Below, piece by piece: positions 1 to 12,751 of a stretch of DNA of 64,000 bases (its first letter is position 1; every line of letters begins with the position of its first letter). The notes under the pieces are model-generated. The model had not been told where the DNA came from. It made no database searches and was given only the letters and a program-made list of their open reading frames with translations. The stretch is taken from contig OZ024743.1 in assembly GCA_964016885.1 (NCBI GenBank), positions 85,064,001 through 85,128,000 on the forward strand, written 5' to 3'. Both the position numbers and the translations under genes were made by a program. Source of the stretch: Eledone cirrhosa. Lineage: Eukaryota.

Positions 1-3000
1 AACTTCAGTGTCCCAATATATTTCTGTTAGTGTCTCAATGTCCCAACTTCAGTGTCCCAATATATTCCTGTTAGTGTCTCAGTGTCCCAACTTCAGTGTC
101 CCAATATATTCCTGTTAGTGTCTCAGTGTTCCAACTTCAGTGTCCCAATATATTCCTGTTAGTGTCTCAATGTCCCAACTTCAGTGTCCCAATATATTTC
201 TGTTAGTGTCTTAGTGTTCCAACTTCAGTGTCCCAATATATTCCTGTTAGTGTCTGAGTGTCCCAACTTCAGTGTCCCAATATATTCCTGTTAGTGTCTT
301 AGTGTTCCAACTTCAGTGTCCCAATATATTCCTGTTAGTGTCTCAATGTCCCAACTTCAGTGTCCCAATATATTCCTGTTAGTGTCTTAGTGTTCCAACT
401 TCAGTGTCCCAATATATTCCTGTTAGTGTCTCAGTGTTCCAACTTCAGTGTCCCAATATATTCCTGTTAGTGTCTTAGTGTTACAACTTCAGTGTCCCAA
501 TATATTCCTGTTAGTGTCTTAGTGTTCCAACTTCAGTGTCCCAATATATTCCTGTTAGTGTCTCAGTGTTACAACTTCAGTGTCCCAATATATTCCTGTT
601 AGTGTCTTAGTGTTCCAACTTCAGTGTCCCAATATATTCCTGTTAGTGTCTCAGTGTTCCAACTTCAGTGTCCCAATATATTCCTGTTAGTGTCTTAGTG
701 TTCCAACTTCAGTGTCCCAATATATTCCTGTTAGTGTCTCAGTGTTCCAACTTCAGTGTCCCAATATATTCCTGTTAGTGTCTCAGTGTTCCAACTTCAG
801 TGTCCCAATATATTCCTGTTAGTGTCTCAGTGTTCCAACTTCAGTGTCCCAATATATTCCTGTTAGTGTCTTAGTGTTCCAACTTCAGTGTCCCAATATA
901 TTCCTGTTAGTGTCTTAGTGTTCCAACTTCAGTGTCCCAATATATTCCTGTTAGTGTCTCAGTGTTCCAACTTCAGTGTCCCAATATATTCCTGTTAGTG
1001 TCTTAGTGTTCCAACTTCAGTGTCCCAATATATTCCTGTTAGTGTCTTAGTGTTCCAACTTCAGTGTCCCAATATATTCCTGTTAGTGTCTTAGTGTTCC
1101 AACTTCAGTGTCCCAATATATTCCTGTTAGTGTCTTAGTGTTCCAACTTCAGTGTCCCAATATATTCCTGTTAGTGTCTCAGTGTTCCAACTTCAGTGTC
1201 CCAATATATTCCTGTTAGTGTCTCAGTGTTCCAACTTCAGTGTCCCAATATATTCCTGTTAGTGTCTCAGTGTTCCAACTTCAGTGTCCCAATATATTCC
1301 TGTTAGTGTCTCAGTGTTCCAACTTCAGTGTCCCAATATATTCCTGTTAATGTCTCAGTGTTCCAACTTCAGTGTCCCAATATATTCCTGTTAGTGTCTC
1401 AGTGTTCCAACTTCAGTGTCCCAATATATTCCTGTTAGTGTCTTAGTATTCCAACTTCAGTGTCCCAATATATTTCTGTTAGTGTCTTAGTGTTCCAACT
1501 TCAGTGTCCCAATATATTCCTGTTAGTGTCTCAGTGTTCCAACTTCAGTGTCCCAATATATTCCTGTTAGTGTCTTAGTGTTCCAACTTCAGTGTCCCAA
1601 CTCCTGTGTCCTAATATATTCCTGTTAGTGTCTGAGTGTCCCAACTTCAGTGTCCCAATATATTCCTGTTAGTGTCTTAGTGTTCCAACTTCAGTGTCCC
1701 AATATATTCCTGTTAGTGTCTCAATGTCCCAACTTCAGTGTCCCAATATATTCCTGTTAGTGTCTCAGTGTCCCAACTTCAGTGTCCCAATATATTCCTG
1801 TTAGTGTCTCAGTGTTCCAACTTCAGTGTCCCAATATATTCCTGTTAGTGTCTCAATGTCCCAACTTCAGTGTCCCAATATATTTCTGTTAGTGTCTTAG
1901 TGTTCCAACTTCAGTGTCCCAATATATTCCTGTTAGTGTCTGAGTGTCCCAACTTCAGTGTCCCAATATATTCCTGTTAGTGTCTTAGTGTTCCAACTTC
2001 AGTGTCCCAATATATTCCTGTTAGTGTCTCAATGTCCCAACTTCAGTGTCCCAATATATTCCTGTTAGTGTCTTAGTGTTCCAACTTCAGTGTCCCAATA
2101 TATTCCTGTTAGTGTCTCAGTGTTCCAACTTCAGTGTCCCAATATATTCCTGTTAGTGTCTTAGTGTTACAACTTCAGTGTCCCAATATATTCCTGTTAG
2201 TGTCTTAGTGTTCCAACTTCAGTGTCCCAATATATTCCTGTTAGTGTCTCAGTGTTACAACTTCAGTGTCCCAATATATTCCTGTTAGTGTCTTAGTGTT
2301 CCAACTTCAGTGTCCCAATATATTCCTGTTAGTGTCTCAGTGTTCCAACTTCAGTGTCCCAATATATTCCTGTTAGTGTCTTAGTGTTCCAACTTCAGTG
2401 TCCCAATATATTCCTGTTAGTGTCTCAGTGTTCCAACTTCAGTGTCCCAATATATTCCTGTTAGTGTCTCAGTGTTCCAACTTCAGTGTCCCAATATATT
2501 CCTGTTAGTGTCTTAGTGTTCCAACTTCAGTGTCCCAATATATTCCTGTTAGTGTCTCAGTGTTCCAACTTCAGTGTCCCAATATATTCCTGTTAGTGTC
2601 TCAGTGTTCCAACTTCAGTGTCCCAATATATTCCTGTTAGTGTCTCAGTGTTCCAACTTCAGTGTCCCAATATATTCCTGTTAGTGTCTCAGTGTTCCAA
2701 CTTCAGTGTCCCAATATATTCCTGTTAGTGTCTTAGTGTTCCAACTTCAGTGTCCCAATATATTCCTGTTAGTGTCTTAGTGTCCCAACTCCTGTGTCCT
2801 AATATATTCCTGTTAGTGTCTGAGTGTCCCAACTTCAGTGTCCCAATATATTCCTGTTAGTGTCTTAGTGTTCCAACTTCAGTGTCCCAATATATTCCTG
2901 TTAGTGTCTTAGTGTCCCAACTCCTGTGTCCTAATATATTCCTGTTAGTGTCTGAGTGTCCCAACTTCAGTGTCCCAATATATTCCTGTTAGTGTCTTAG

Positions 3001-3770
3001 TATTCCAACTTCAGTGTCCCAATATATTCCTGTTACTGTCTCAGTGTCCCAACTTCAGTGTCCCAATATATTCCTGTTAGTGTCTCAGTGTTCCAACTTC
3101 AGTGTCCCAATATATTCCTGTTAGTGTCTTAGTGTTCCAACTTCAGTGTCCCAATATATTCCTGTTAGTGTCTTAGTGTTCCAACTTCAGTGTCCCAATA
3201 TATTCCTGTTAGTGTCTCAGTGTCCCAACTTCAGTGTCCCAATATATTCCTGTTAGTGTCTTAGTGTCCCAACTTCAGTGTCCCAATATATTCCTGTTAG
3301 TGTCTCAGTGTTCCAACTTCAGTGTCCCAATATATTCCTGTTAGTGTCTCAGTGTCCCAACTTCAGTGTCCCAATATATTCCTGTTAGTGTCTCAGTGTT
3401 CCAACTTCAGTGTCCCAATATATTCCTGTTAGTGTCTCAGTGTCCCAACTTCAGTGTCCCAATATATTCCTGTTAGTGTCTCAGTGTTCCAACTTCAATG
3501 TCCCAATATATTCCTGTTAGTGTCTCAGTGTTCCAACTTCAGTGTCCCAATATATTCCTGTTAGTGTCTTAGTGTTCCAACTTCAGTGTCCCAATATATT
3601 CCTGTTAGTGTCTTAGTGTTCCAACTTCAGTGTCCCAATATATTCCTGTTAGTGTCTCAGTGTTCCAACTTCAGTGTCCCAATATATTCCTGTTAGTGTC
3701 TCAGTGTTCCAACTTCAGTGTCCCAATATATTCCTGTTAGTGTCTTAGTGTTCCAACTTCAGTGTTCCAG
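1..3770. repeat. 44-bp minisatellite, ~85 copies, open at the window start
   Basis: Unit AACTTCAGTGTCCCAATATATTCCTGTTAGTGTCTYAGTGTYCC recurs at 1, 45, 89 and onward with few substitutions; 14-bp insertion near 1590-1603. Confidence 0.98.
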
Positions 3771-3888
3771 TTGAGTGAAAGTTGATATAGATAGTGATCA
3801 TGACAACTTTATGTCCTGAATTCATCAACATGGGGAAGGAACAGGATGGTCATAAATGGAATGCCTTTGATCATGGAGAACCTAGGTC

Positions 3889-4140
3889 TAAACAACAATG
3901 TTATGCCACAATAACAACAACAGTAACAATAATAGGTCATCAACAGCAATAGTAACAACAGTAACAATATTAACAACAGAAACTGTAACAACTGCAGCAA
4001 CAGCAGCATCAACAGCAACAATAACAACTGCAACAGTAACAAAAATAATAACAACTACTACAACAACAATAACAACAACAGTAACAAAAACAACTATAAC
4101 TGTAAAAAACAACAACAAAAACTATAACAACAACAACATT
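3889..4140. repeat. Degenerate (AAC)n microsatellite
   Basis: AAC/AAT/AGC triplet run; explains the poly-T/L/V ORFs here. Confidence 0.9.
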
Positions 4141-4264
4141 AAGCACATAATATTCCTTATAAAATATAAAATCCAATATTTTGATGAAACAGTGTAAAAG
4201 CTAGTTTTCTGAGTCAAATGGAGTGAAAAATCAATAAACCTCATTGTGTGTATAATCTGACTTG

Positions 4265-4470
4265 TATATAACTATATATAGCTAGTATATAACTGTATTT
4301 ATATATAGCTAGTATATAGCTAGTATATAACTATTTATATATAGCTAGTATATAGCTGTATTTATATATAGCTAGTATATAGTTAGTATATAGCTGTATG
4401 TATATAGTATAGTGTATAGCTAGTTTATAACTGCATTTATATATCATAGTATATAGGTAGTATATAGCTG
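4265..4470. repeat. Low-complexity TATATAGCTAG-type repeat
   Basis: Repeated tatatagctag/tatataactg motifs. Confidence 0.8.
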
Positions 4471-4691
4471 TATGCGGTGGCGGACTGGGTCTAAAAATAT
4501 TGGTTGCCAGGAGATAAAGGGGGCCCACCCATATATAGAATGCTATCATTTAATTTTTATAATGAATAAATAACATCTTCAAAACATACATAAGTGAAAA
4601 CAAAATAGTGCAATCAAATTTTTGCGGAAAAAAATGTATTTTTCACTAATTATGGTGTATATATACTGTACATATTACTGGCAGTATATAA

Positions 4692-4870
4692 TTGTTTCTA
4701 CTTTTGGCACAAGGCCAGCAATTATCCCAGTGTATTACTGGCACTTTATTTTATCGACCCCGTAAGGTTGAAATGCAAAGTTAACCTCGGCGGGATTTGA
4801 ACTCAGTCCGTAAAGGGACGTAACTGTGCTGCAAAGCATGGCGTCCGACCCTCTACCAATACTGCCAATC
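4692..4870 (-). mobile_element. tRNA-derived SINE, cephalopod type, diverged
   Basis: Minus strand has B-box GAGTTCAAATCCC followed by GCCGAGGTTAACTTTGCATTTCAACCTTACGGGGTCGATAAAATAAAGTGCCAG, recognised as an octopus SINE body. Confidence 0.7.
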
Positions 4871-4989
4871 TAGTATATAATAATACTAAATGTTAATACA
4901 GAATGTTATAATTGAATTTTTTTAATAATTGTGAATGTATAGTATTTTAGCAATTGGTCATTTGGTTGTATAAAAATAAATAATTATTA

Positions 4990-6447
4990 TGTTTCAAATT
5001 ATGCCTTCTGGTCTGATCCTTTCCTCAACTATGAAACATGAACACGCAGCTTTACAATCCATCTTCTTCAAGGATCCTTTCTGCTACAAATACTTTATAC
5101 AGCTTCATATAGTTGAGCTGAACGATAATGTAATTCCTTGCATTAGAAGGCAGGATGAAGAAAATCAGGAATGAGTTACGTAGTACCACTCAGTTGAACA
5201 TCTGGAACATAACTGCTGGAGAATTGATACTTAGGCACGAAATCGCCTGCTGGGGGGAAGTCGTTCTTAGTATTCCTACGCCACCAACCCAAAGAGCTGG
5301 CGACTGACCAAGCACGACCCAATTACTCCGCCGCGATTAAGTAGTGCCATTGCTTGCTACATTACCCTTATGCAGACGGAATGTCAATACAATATTTTTT
5401 AAAAAATGTAAAGCAAAGGCAAATATATTTACACATAGAATGTGTTCACAAGAAGGTAAGCAAAAGGCAAAACACTGCATAACTGTTAGTAAAAACTTCA
5501 GGACCAACAAGGGGAGAAAAAGTTCAAAAGTGTTGGTTAATGTAGTCAAGTTAGTAGTGGGTAGCTGTGGCTGGCGTTAATGCCGTAAGTATGTTGGCAC
5601 ATTGTCAAAGACATGGAACTTTGTCTATTAATTACACAACCAACTAGGGGTCCAATAGAGGCAAGTTGTGTCTGACAAGGGTGCAGAGAATATGAGTGAT
5701 CATCCGATGTAAAAAAGTGTCGGGCTACAGAGCTGAAAAGGCACAGACACGATAACCAATTACTCAGTGAAATTACAAAAATGTGGTGCAGTCTATGTGT
5801 GCACATTGCCAAAAAAATGTAACCAACAAATACATAAAATTTACAAGAAAAACGGTCCTGAAAAGTTGAAAGAGGAATTACAATTGCAATATCATATTAG
5901 GCGCATGCCAAGAAAAGTGAACAAATGATCACATACAGGGAAAAGGAAACAACATGAATGCGTGTAAGAATGAAAAATGTAATACAATAAAAAGGCACTA
6001 AGAGGGCAATTCATATGAAAATAGTTTTACACAGTTTCTTGGGCCAATGGACACGACGACCGCTACAAGTTGTCGTGATGTATGTTGGTGAAAGTGAAGG
6101 AGATGTGGGTGTGACAGTATGGGTAGGTGGTGTGTGTGGTGCCAGTGTATGAGTATCTGTAAAGGCCCGCTTCAGCCTATCAACAGAAACTGTGACCCGT
6201 TATAGTCAATTGTAAAATGTTTGTCTGAACATGCTAGCACGCGATAAGGTCCAGCAGGATAAAGAAAATAAGGAATCAGTTAAAAATCTGGAACGTAACT
6301 GCTGGAGAATTGATACTTAGGTGCGAAATCGCCTGCTGGGCAGAAGTTGTTCTTAATATTCCTATGCCGCCAACCCAAAGAGCTGGCAACTGACCAAGCA
6401 GGACCCAATTACTCCGCCACAATTAAGTAGTGCCACTGCTTGCTACA
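4990..6447 (-). mobile_element. Internally deleted Ty3/Gypsy LTR retrotransposon
   Basis: Direct repeat ~5150-5361 / ~6254-6447 beginning TGTAGCAAGCA on the minus strand; purine tract TAAGGGTAA before the downstream LTR; minus-strand integrase C-terminal motifs GPYRVLACSDKHF, VSVDRLKRAF, TTCSGRRVHWPKKL at ~6030-6255. The LTR end at 4990 is tentative. Confidence 0.75.
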
Positions 6448-6579
6448 GTATACTGTTATTTAGAGTAGATTATGCAAGTGACTATTCTTACCTTCTCCAA
6501 TAAAAAAAATATAAAGTACCTTGCGAAATATACACATCCAGAGACTTTCAATAACGACCTTTGGTCTTTCACACTCACT

Positions 6580-6623
<44 letters not shown>

Positions 6624-6921
6624 GAGTGTGTGTATGTGTGTACATGTGTATATATAGATTTATATATATGTATACATACATGTTTTCAACTTGTACAAAA
6701 ATTATTCTCCCTAGGAAATTTAGATTGAAGAACTGACCACTAATTGATTTTACATGTCTTTATCCCATTGATATCAAAAAGTCTGTCTGTCTGTCGTTGA
6801 TAGTAGACGTCTTTCACATCGGCTCTTCGATTTTGAATCACTACTTGCGTGTATTATTTGAATTTTGTCATTATTGTTGACTCCAACGCCTCGTCTGGGA
6901 CTGTAGACGTAGGGTAAATAT

Positions 6922-8277
6922 ATGTTCGCCCCTTTTGGGGTGAAAATCTTTAATTTTAAAATGTTTATCGATATCGTTGAAAACGTGGAAGCCATATTGC
7001 AAGCTAACGCCACGCCCACCAAAAAAAGTGAGAAAGAGGGAACAACAATTCAAACTATTGAACAAGCCCTCCTCTCGAATGAAAAAAAGACTGTTAATTC
7101 GAGTGAAAACTCAAATTTTGAAAAAAATAACAAAGAAAAAAATACCACAAAAGATGGAACCAACAACATTGCAACAACAAGCAACAATGAACGAAGCGAA
7201 AGCAACAAAGACAGCAAAGTTTCTTTTGCCCAAACGGTCAGGAAAGCTATCGAATACAAGCCCATAGACATTACTAACGCTAAGCAGAACTTGCTAAATG
7301 CCAGAAAATACGTATCTTTTGGGGAGGATGGTTCTTTTACGATCAACTCCCCAGAAGAAGTTCGTCAACAGGTATATAGGAATACCATAACCTTCAGGAC
7401 TATATCCAACGCAACAAGAAAGCCAGCTCAATTGACAGAAAGTCAAATTGAGCTGGTTCTGAAAGACATAAAAAAAGACATACTCTTTATTGAAAGAGGA
7501 AAGCTGTATGCCAGCATTATGGTCCGAATGAAGGACGAAATGCTGGCTCAAAAATGCTCGGTGGCACCTATAGTGTCACCACAATACACCTTCTTCCCCA
7601 CATATAAAGGAAGAGGAACACAAAGACTAAGAATGTGGAGCTCAACTCCAGAAGTAAACATCTGGTCCGTCCTGACAGGATTCACGGACCTAGAAAAGGA
7701 CATCCTAATATCAGCAGGTGAGTCCACCAGTGGACTGTTCGGGGGGAAAAGTCTGGAGGTTCTCTTACAGATGACACCTGAGAGAATCGCCGGAATACTC
7801 GACCGAGTACTACTGGATGGTCGAACCTTTATTAATATTACGGTGGAAGGCGGGAGGCCCTTATGTTACCACTGCGCTGGCAGAGGTCACCTGAGGACTG
7901 CCTTCCCTCTACTAACAACAAAAAACCCACTGCTACAAACACCACAACAACAACAAAAACAACCAGCACCACCACCACAAAAACAACAAAATACACTACC
8001 ATCACCACCACAACGACAACAAAAATCAACAACACCACCTCCATCACCACCACCACCACCACAACAACAACAACAACAGCTCAAGAAAACAACCCCAAAA
8101 CACGGTCCGACCCAGCCCCTCCCCACAGAACACAAATACAAAAACACACGCAGTGCATACACAACCTGGCAATATACCCCTCCCCTCCAATACGGAAGAG
8201 GAGCTCATATCCTCGGAAGACGAGGGGCTCCCTTCCAAAAATTCAAAAGGAAAAACACACCACACAAACAAAAATAA
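6922..8277 (+). CDS. Tx1-like ORF1 (gag-like nucleic-acid-binding protein), 3' part probably frameshifted
   Basis: 451-aa ORF directly upstream of ORF2; CYHCAGRGHLRTAFP is a CCHC knuckle with the last Cys replaced by Phe; SFAQTV motif; Pro/Gln-rich tail. Confidence 0.75.
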   Translation: MFAPFGVKIFNFKMFIDIVENVEAILQANATPTKKSEKEGTTIQTIEQALLSNEKKTVNSSENSNFEKNNKEKNTTKDGTNNIATTSNNERSESNKDSKVSFAQTVRKAIEYKPIDITNAKQNLLNARKYVSFGEDGSFTINSPEEVRQQVYRNTITFRTISNATRKPAQLTESQIELVLKDIKKDILFIERGKLYASIMVRMKDEMLAQKCSVAPIVSPQYTFFPTYKGRGTQRLRMWSSTPEVNIWSVLTGFTDLEKDILISAGESTSGLFGGKSLEVLLQMTPERIAGILDRVLLDGRTFINITVEGGRPLCYHCAGRGHLRTAFPLLTTKNPLLQTPQQQQKQPAPPPQKQQNTLPSPPQRQQKSTTPPPSPPPPPQQQQQQLKKTTPKHGPTQPLPTEHKYKNTRSAYTTWQYTPPLQYGRGAHILGRRGAPFQKFKRKNTPHKQK

Positions 8278-8763
8278 CCCCACCTGACAACACAACACAG
8301 ACAACAAAACGCAAGCTCACTCAAGAACAACAAGCAAAAACAAACACAACAACACAAAAACTCTACACATACATAAACAAAAACAATAAAAACTTAACAG
8401 AAAAATAGACAACAACCCTTCGGTACAAACCGAAGGGCCGAATTTTGCAATGGCAATGGGACTCCCTAACCTGAAAATGGGGAAAGTCCCACTTGACATT
8501 TTCAAAACATTGAAAAACATTTACCCTGAGGACGTGGGGCCACCCTGCACCAGGCCACTCAACCGCGTCCTCCTGAAAGGTTTTCCCCTCCCCTCCGCAA
8601 ACACCCACACAATTCCAATCACCCCAACCCCTCCACACACTAATACCCGCACACTACCACAAACCACCACCCCACCCAACAACCCCTCCAACACCCCCAT
8701 GTAAACTGAGCAGCCCGGACCCCGGGACGCAGAGAGGTAAGTGCCTCTTTCTTTACCACCAAC

Positions 8764-11700
8764 ATGGATGTGTTAAGAGTAGGTTGTCTAAATGCGCGTG
8801 GCCTGGGCTCACCTTGGAAGCAAGCTAAACTTCTAAATGACCTCAGGTCACGATGTATAAATGTGATGGTTATTTGCGAGGCCCGGATCAGCAGCGTGCG
8901 ACAACTAGCCCCCACCTTTGATGACTTTGAGATGCACGCATCCCTCTGTCAGCCCGGAGGTGGGGGTGGGGTTGTCGTTCTGCTGCAAAAACATCTGGGT
9001 CTCGCTACACAGACGGTACACTTGGACCTGGAGGGTCGACTCGTGGTTCTGGACCTTGGCAGTGGTGAAGGCGAAGCTTTTAGGCTTGTCGCCGTTTACG
9101 CCCCTTTTGGGGCAATGCGGTCGGACTTCTTCCATCGTCTGGAGACTTTTCTAGGGACGTCCCGCTCCTTTCTTTTAGTGGGGGACTGGAATGGTATCCT
9201 AGATGCACGTTGGGACTATGTAGGGGAATGTCCCGATAGAGGGGGGTGTAACAGCCTCAAGGGGTTAATCGGCCGATTTGACCTGGCCGATAGATATCGA
9301 CTAGATTTTCCGACTGTGCCAACCTGGACTTGGTCAAATAACAGTGGTCAATCTAGATCGTTCCTAGATAGGTTCTTAGTTAGAATTAAGGATAGGGACT
9401 TTTTAAGTTGTCCAGAAATGCTCATGGTGGGCTATTCAGACCACAAGTTAGTGACCTGCGTAGTCTACCTTGATAGAACGCATAGGCAGGGACCCGGTTA
9501 CTGGAAGCTCAACTTGTCCTTACCGGCAAGTAGAGCTTACAGGGACCGGATTAGAACCTTAGTTAAGGAGCGGTTGACGGGCGCCATCGTCAACAGCAGG
9601 TGGTGGGGCTCTCTAAAAAGAGAGATTAGAGTAGTTTCAATAGGAGTTAGCCTCAGATAGAAATAAGAAGGAAAGGGAGTTGGTAGTTAATGTTGAAGAG
9701 GCAATGAGAAGCGGCAACGTGGCCAGAGTGCAAGCGTCGAGAACGGCCTTGAGCCAGTTCTTCGACGCGAAACACGAAGGCTGCGTTGTCCGAAGCAAAA
9801 TACGTGCTCTGGGAAACGAGGGGACCAAAGCTGTTAGCTGGGCCCGCGTGGCAGAAGCAAAAAGTGGGATTAGATCCACTATCCGGTCTTTGCGAGACCA
9901 GGATGGACGGGTGATCCTTGAACCTAAGCAAATGTGCGAGGCCTTTCAAAGGCACTTTGCCCGATTGTTCGGGAGGGGCGGGGGGCCGGTTGGAGATGTG
10001 GATTTTGGTCCATACCTCGACCGCCTGCCGCGTCTTTCGGACAAGGAGGCGAGGTCCTGCGACGGGCCGATCTCAGCTGCTGAAATAGGGGACGTGCTGA
10101 GCCTATGCGGCAAACGCAAATCTCCAGGGCTCGATGGTCTGCCCTACGAACTATATATTAATATGCCGGACTTGTTCCCCGATCTCCTCGAGACGGTCTA
10201 CTGCAACTGGCAACAGAATGGGAGAATTCCCTGTTCTGTGACCAAGGGCGTAGTCTCGCTAGTGAGGAAGAACGAGAACAAGGGGGATGACATTAGTAAT
10301 TTTAGGCCCATAACCCTGCTAAATGCAGAGTTATGCTAAATGCAGAGTTATGCAAGATTTTGGCCAAGGTGTTAGCGAAGAGGTTGGTGCTTGTCGTGGG
10401 GAGCCTGGTGGGAGATGCGCAGACATGCGCTATCCCGTCCAGGTCCATCCACGACAACCTCCACCTCATGCGATACATCATAGAGAGGGTTGGGAACGAA
10501 CCCAGCTTTGGTGGGGCCCTGATAAATTTAGATCAGTCTAAAGCGTTCGATAGGGTGGACCATGGTTATTTGGATGCGGTGCTAGAGTCGGCTGGGTTCG
10601 GACCCGTTTTCAGGGGCTGGATCACTGCCATGCACAGCAGCCGCATCTGCTCTAGAGTCAAGGTGAACGGCTACCTCTTGGAGCCGTTCGAAATCACCCG
10701 CTCCATTCGACAGGGGTGCCCTCTCTCCTCCCTTCTGTATGTATTGGCTCTCGAGCCACTACTGCGGAAGTTGGAGTTGTTGCAGGGCATCCCTTTGGAA
10801 CCGGGATTGCGCAAAGCGGTGTCGGCCTACGCCGATGACGTAACAGTAATGGTGTCGACCACCGCGGAAATCGAGGCAATCGGCACCTTACTGGAGGAGT
10901 ACGAAAGGTTGACAGGGACTAAGCTGAACCGGGACAAGTCAGTCGCTTTGCAACTCGGCGAGTGGAGGGGCAAAACGGTATCGTCGGACGGTGGACGGAG
11001 GGCCCGGTAAAGTTGCTTGGGGTCTGGTTCGGACCGGACCTCCAGGTGGAGAAAAACTGGGGTGAGGTGACGAATAGGGTGTTTGCACTGACCCAGAAGT
11101 GGGCCGAGTGCAAACTATCCCTGAAAGGTCGGCGGAGGTAGCGAACGCTTAAATAGCGTCCGTCATCTATTACCGCTTGACTGTCGTGCCTTGCCTGGGT
11201 GAGATCCTCGCCAAAATGGAGCGCGCTCACTTTCATTTCCTTTGGAAGAAGAGGTCTCCTCTGGTGAGGAGATCTATCTACTGTCAACACCCTTTGAAAG
11301 GAGGGCTGGCGATGCCGTGGCTAAAAATGCGTAAACACGCATTGAGGCTACGGCACCTCCAGGTATTCCTCACCGGTAAACCGGTGTGGGCCCCGTTTGT
11401 GAGGCGAGCCTTCCCGAGGCTCGTCTCGCTCACCGATCTGCAGTCCTGGGTGAACCAAGAAAACTGGGCGACTGGCACACCGAGTGTGCCCAGGCGCTCA
11501 CGGCTCTCTGGCAGGCGGACCCGGCTATCAGTGGAGACTCCACCTCATCATTCTATAGAGGGCTGGTGGTTAGCAGGTGCGACGACGCTCTCGGAGAAAC
11601 CCTAGGCATGGAGGAAGACGAACTGGCCAGCCTATTCGGTAGGACTTTCGGCCCGGGACTTATGGACAACTTACAGAAGTCCTTGGCCTGGCAGTGCTAC

Positions 11701-12189
11701 CGAGGGGCTCTGCCCGTTCGGGATAAGCTCTACAGACACGGGCGCCCGGGTAGGGGCCCTCGAAAAAGATCTGTCCCAGATGCGTGCGCGACGAGGAAAC
11801 CGTCGCGCACGCATTGGTGCACTGCCCGGGCGTTGCCGATCTGTGGGGCTATGTCGAACAACAGCTGTCACGGGTGGGACCAATTAGGTTGACCACCGAG
11901 TCCATTGTAACGATCAAGCCGCCTCCCCCCCTTCAAAAATGAAGGAGAGGCGGTCTTCCTCTGTGTAATAGCCATGGTAAAAGAGGTTATATGGTGGACG
12001 CGTCTAAAAGGGCTGAGGTCGGACACCTTTCTTTCCGGCCAACAACTGGTCCTTTTCTTCCGATACCATTTCGGAAGAAGGATCAGGATGGAGAGAGAGG
12101 TGACCCACTCCAGCCGGTTTTATGAAAGGTGGGTGAAAGTTGCGAGAATGGCCCGTGTGAATGGCCCTTCTCTCTACCTCAGCCTGTAG
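8764..12189 (+). pseudogene. Tx1-like ORF2 (APE endonuclease-reverse transcriptase), multiple frameshifts
   Basis: LNARGL, AVYAP, GDWNG, LDRFLV, SDHKLV, GYWKLN (EN); KSPGLDGLP, NFRPITLLN, LDQSKAFDRV, IRQGCPLS, YADDV (RT); split over frames at ~9650, 10334, ~10985, ~11140, ~11455, ~11750. Confidence 0.92.
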
Positions 12190-12751
12190 GTGGAAAAGGA
12201 AGGGAGCACCCTCTCTTTGTGCTCCCGTGGAGAAGGGTCGCACATTTTTTTTCGGGGGTGTGTGTGACCCCAAAACGCCTCCTCCCTATTGAGGACTTTC
12301 TTGTTACAATTTTATTTATTACATTTTTCTTACTCGATTTATATGTACCCCCCCCCCCACATGTACATGTCCCTTTCTTTTGTGCCCTCGTGGCAAATAA
12401 ACAGAAATGTCTCTCTCTCTCTCTGTCTGTCTGTCTGTGTGCATGAGTGAATACAGTAAGCTATAAATTAAGACAACCAGTTATGCCAACTGTTAGCACT
12501 ATCATATATTTTGGTTTCTATTAATTCCTTAGGGAATTGTTTGGCCAAATGCTTTGCTTTTTTTGTTTATTTAAAAAAAATTATTCTTTCTCTAAAACCT
12601 TTTTTTTTAAAGATATTTTTTGAAAGCAAAGCATTGGTCCCTAAAATATTACAGTAGACCCCTGCAATACTACTGTGGGCCAGCTGGGGCCCACTTGCCA
12701 TTGGGCAACCTGGCCAGTCCGTCACTGGTTATGTCTATTTACAAAAATAAA

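Larger units (their letters stand above)
6781..12438 (+). mobile_element. Near full-length L1/Tx1-clade non-LTR retrotransposon, inactivated
   Basis: ORF1 with zinc knuckle, ORF2 with APE endonuclease + RT + C-terminal Cys/His region, AATAAA at 12396, (TC)n tail, GTCTGTCTGTCTGT at both ends. Confidence 0.92.
4475..12727. mobile_element. Candidate old non-autonomous DNA transposon (hAT-like TIRs) hosting nested insertions
   Basis: CGGTGGCGGACTGG (4475-4488) and CCAGTCCGTCACTG (12714-12727) are 12/14 inverted complements; both ends have a subterminal GGGGCCCAC. No convincing TSD. Confidence 0.45.

Noticed and set aside
1-3770. CRISPR array or repeat-protein gene
   Set aside because: No unique spacers, no cas genes, eukaryotic context; the 44-bp period is not a multiple of 3 and no long ORF is listed.
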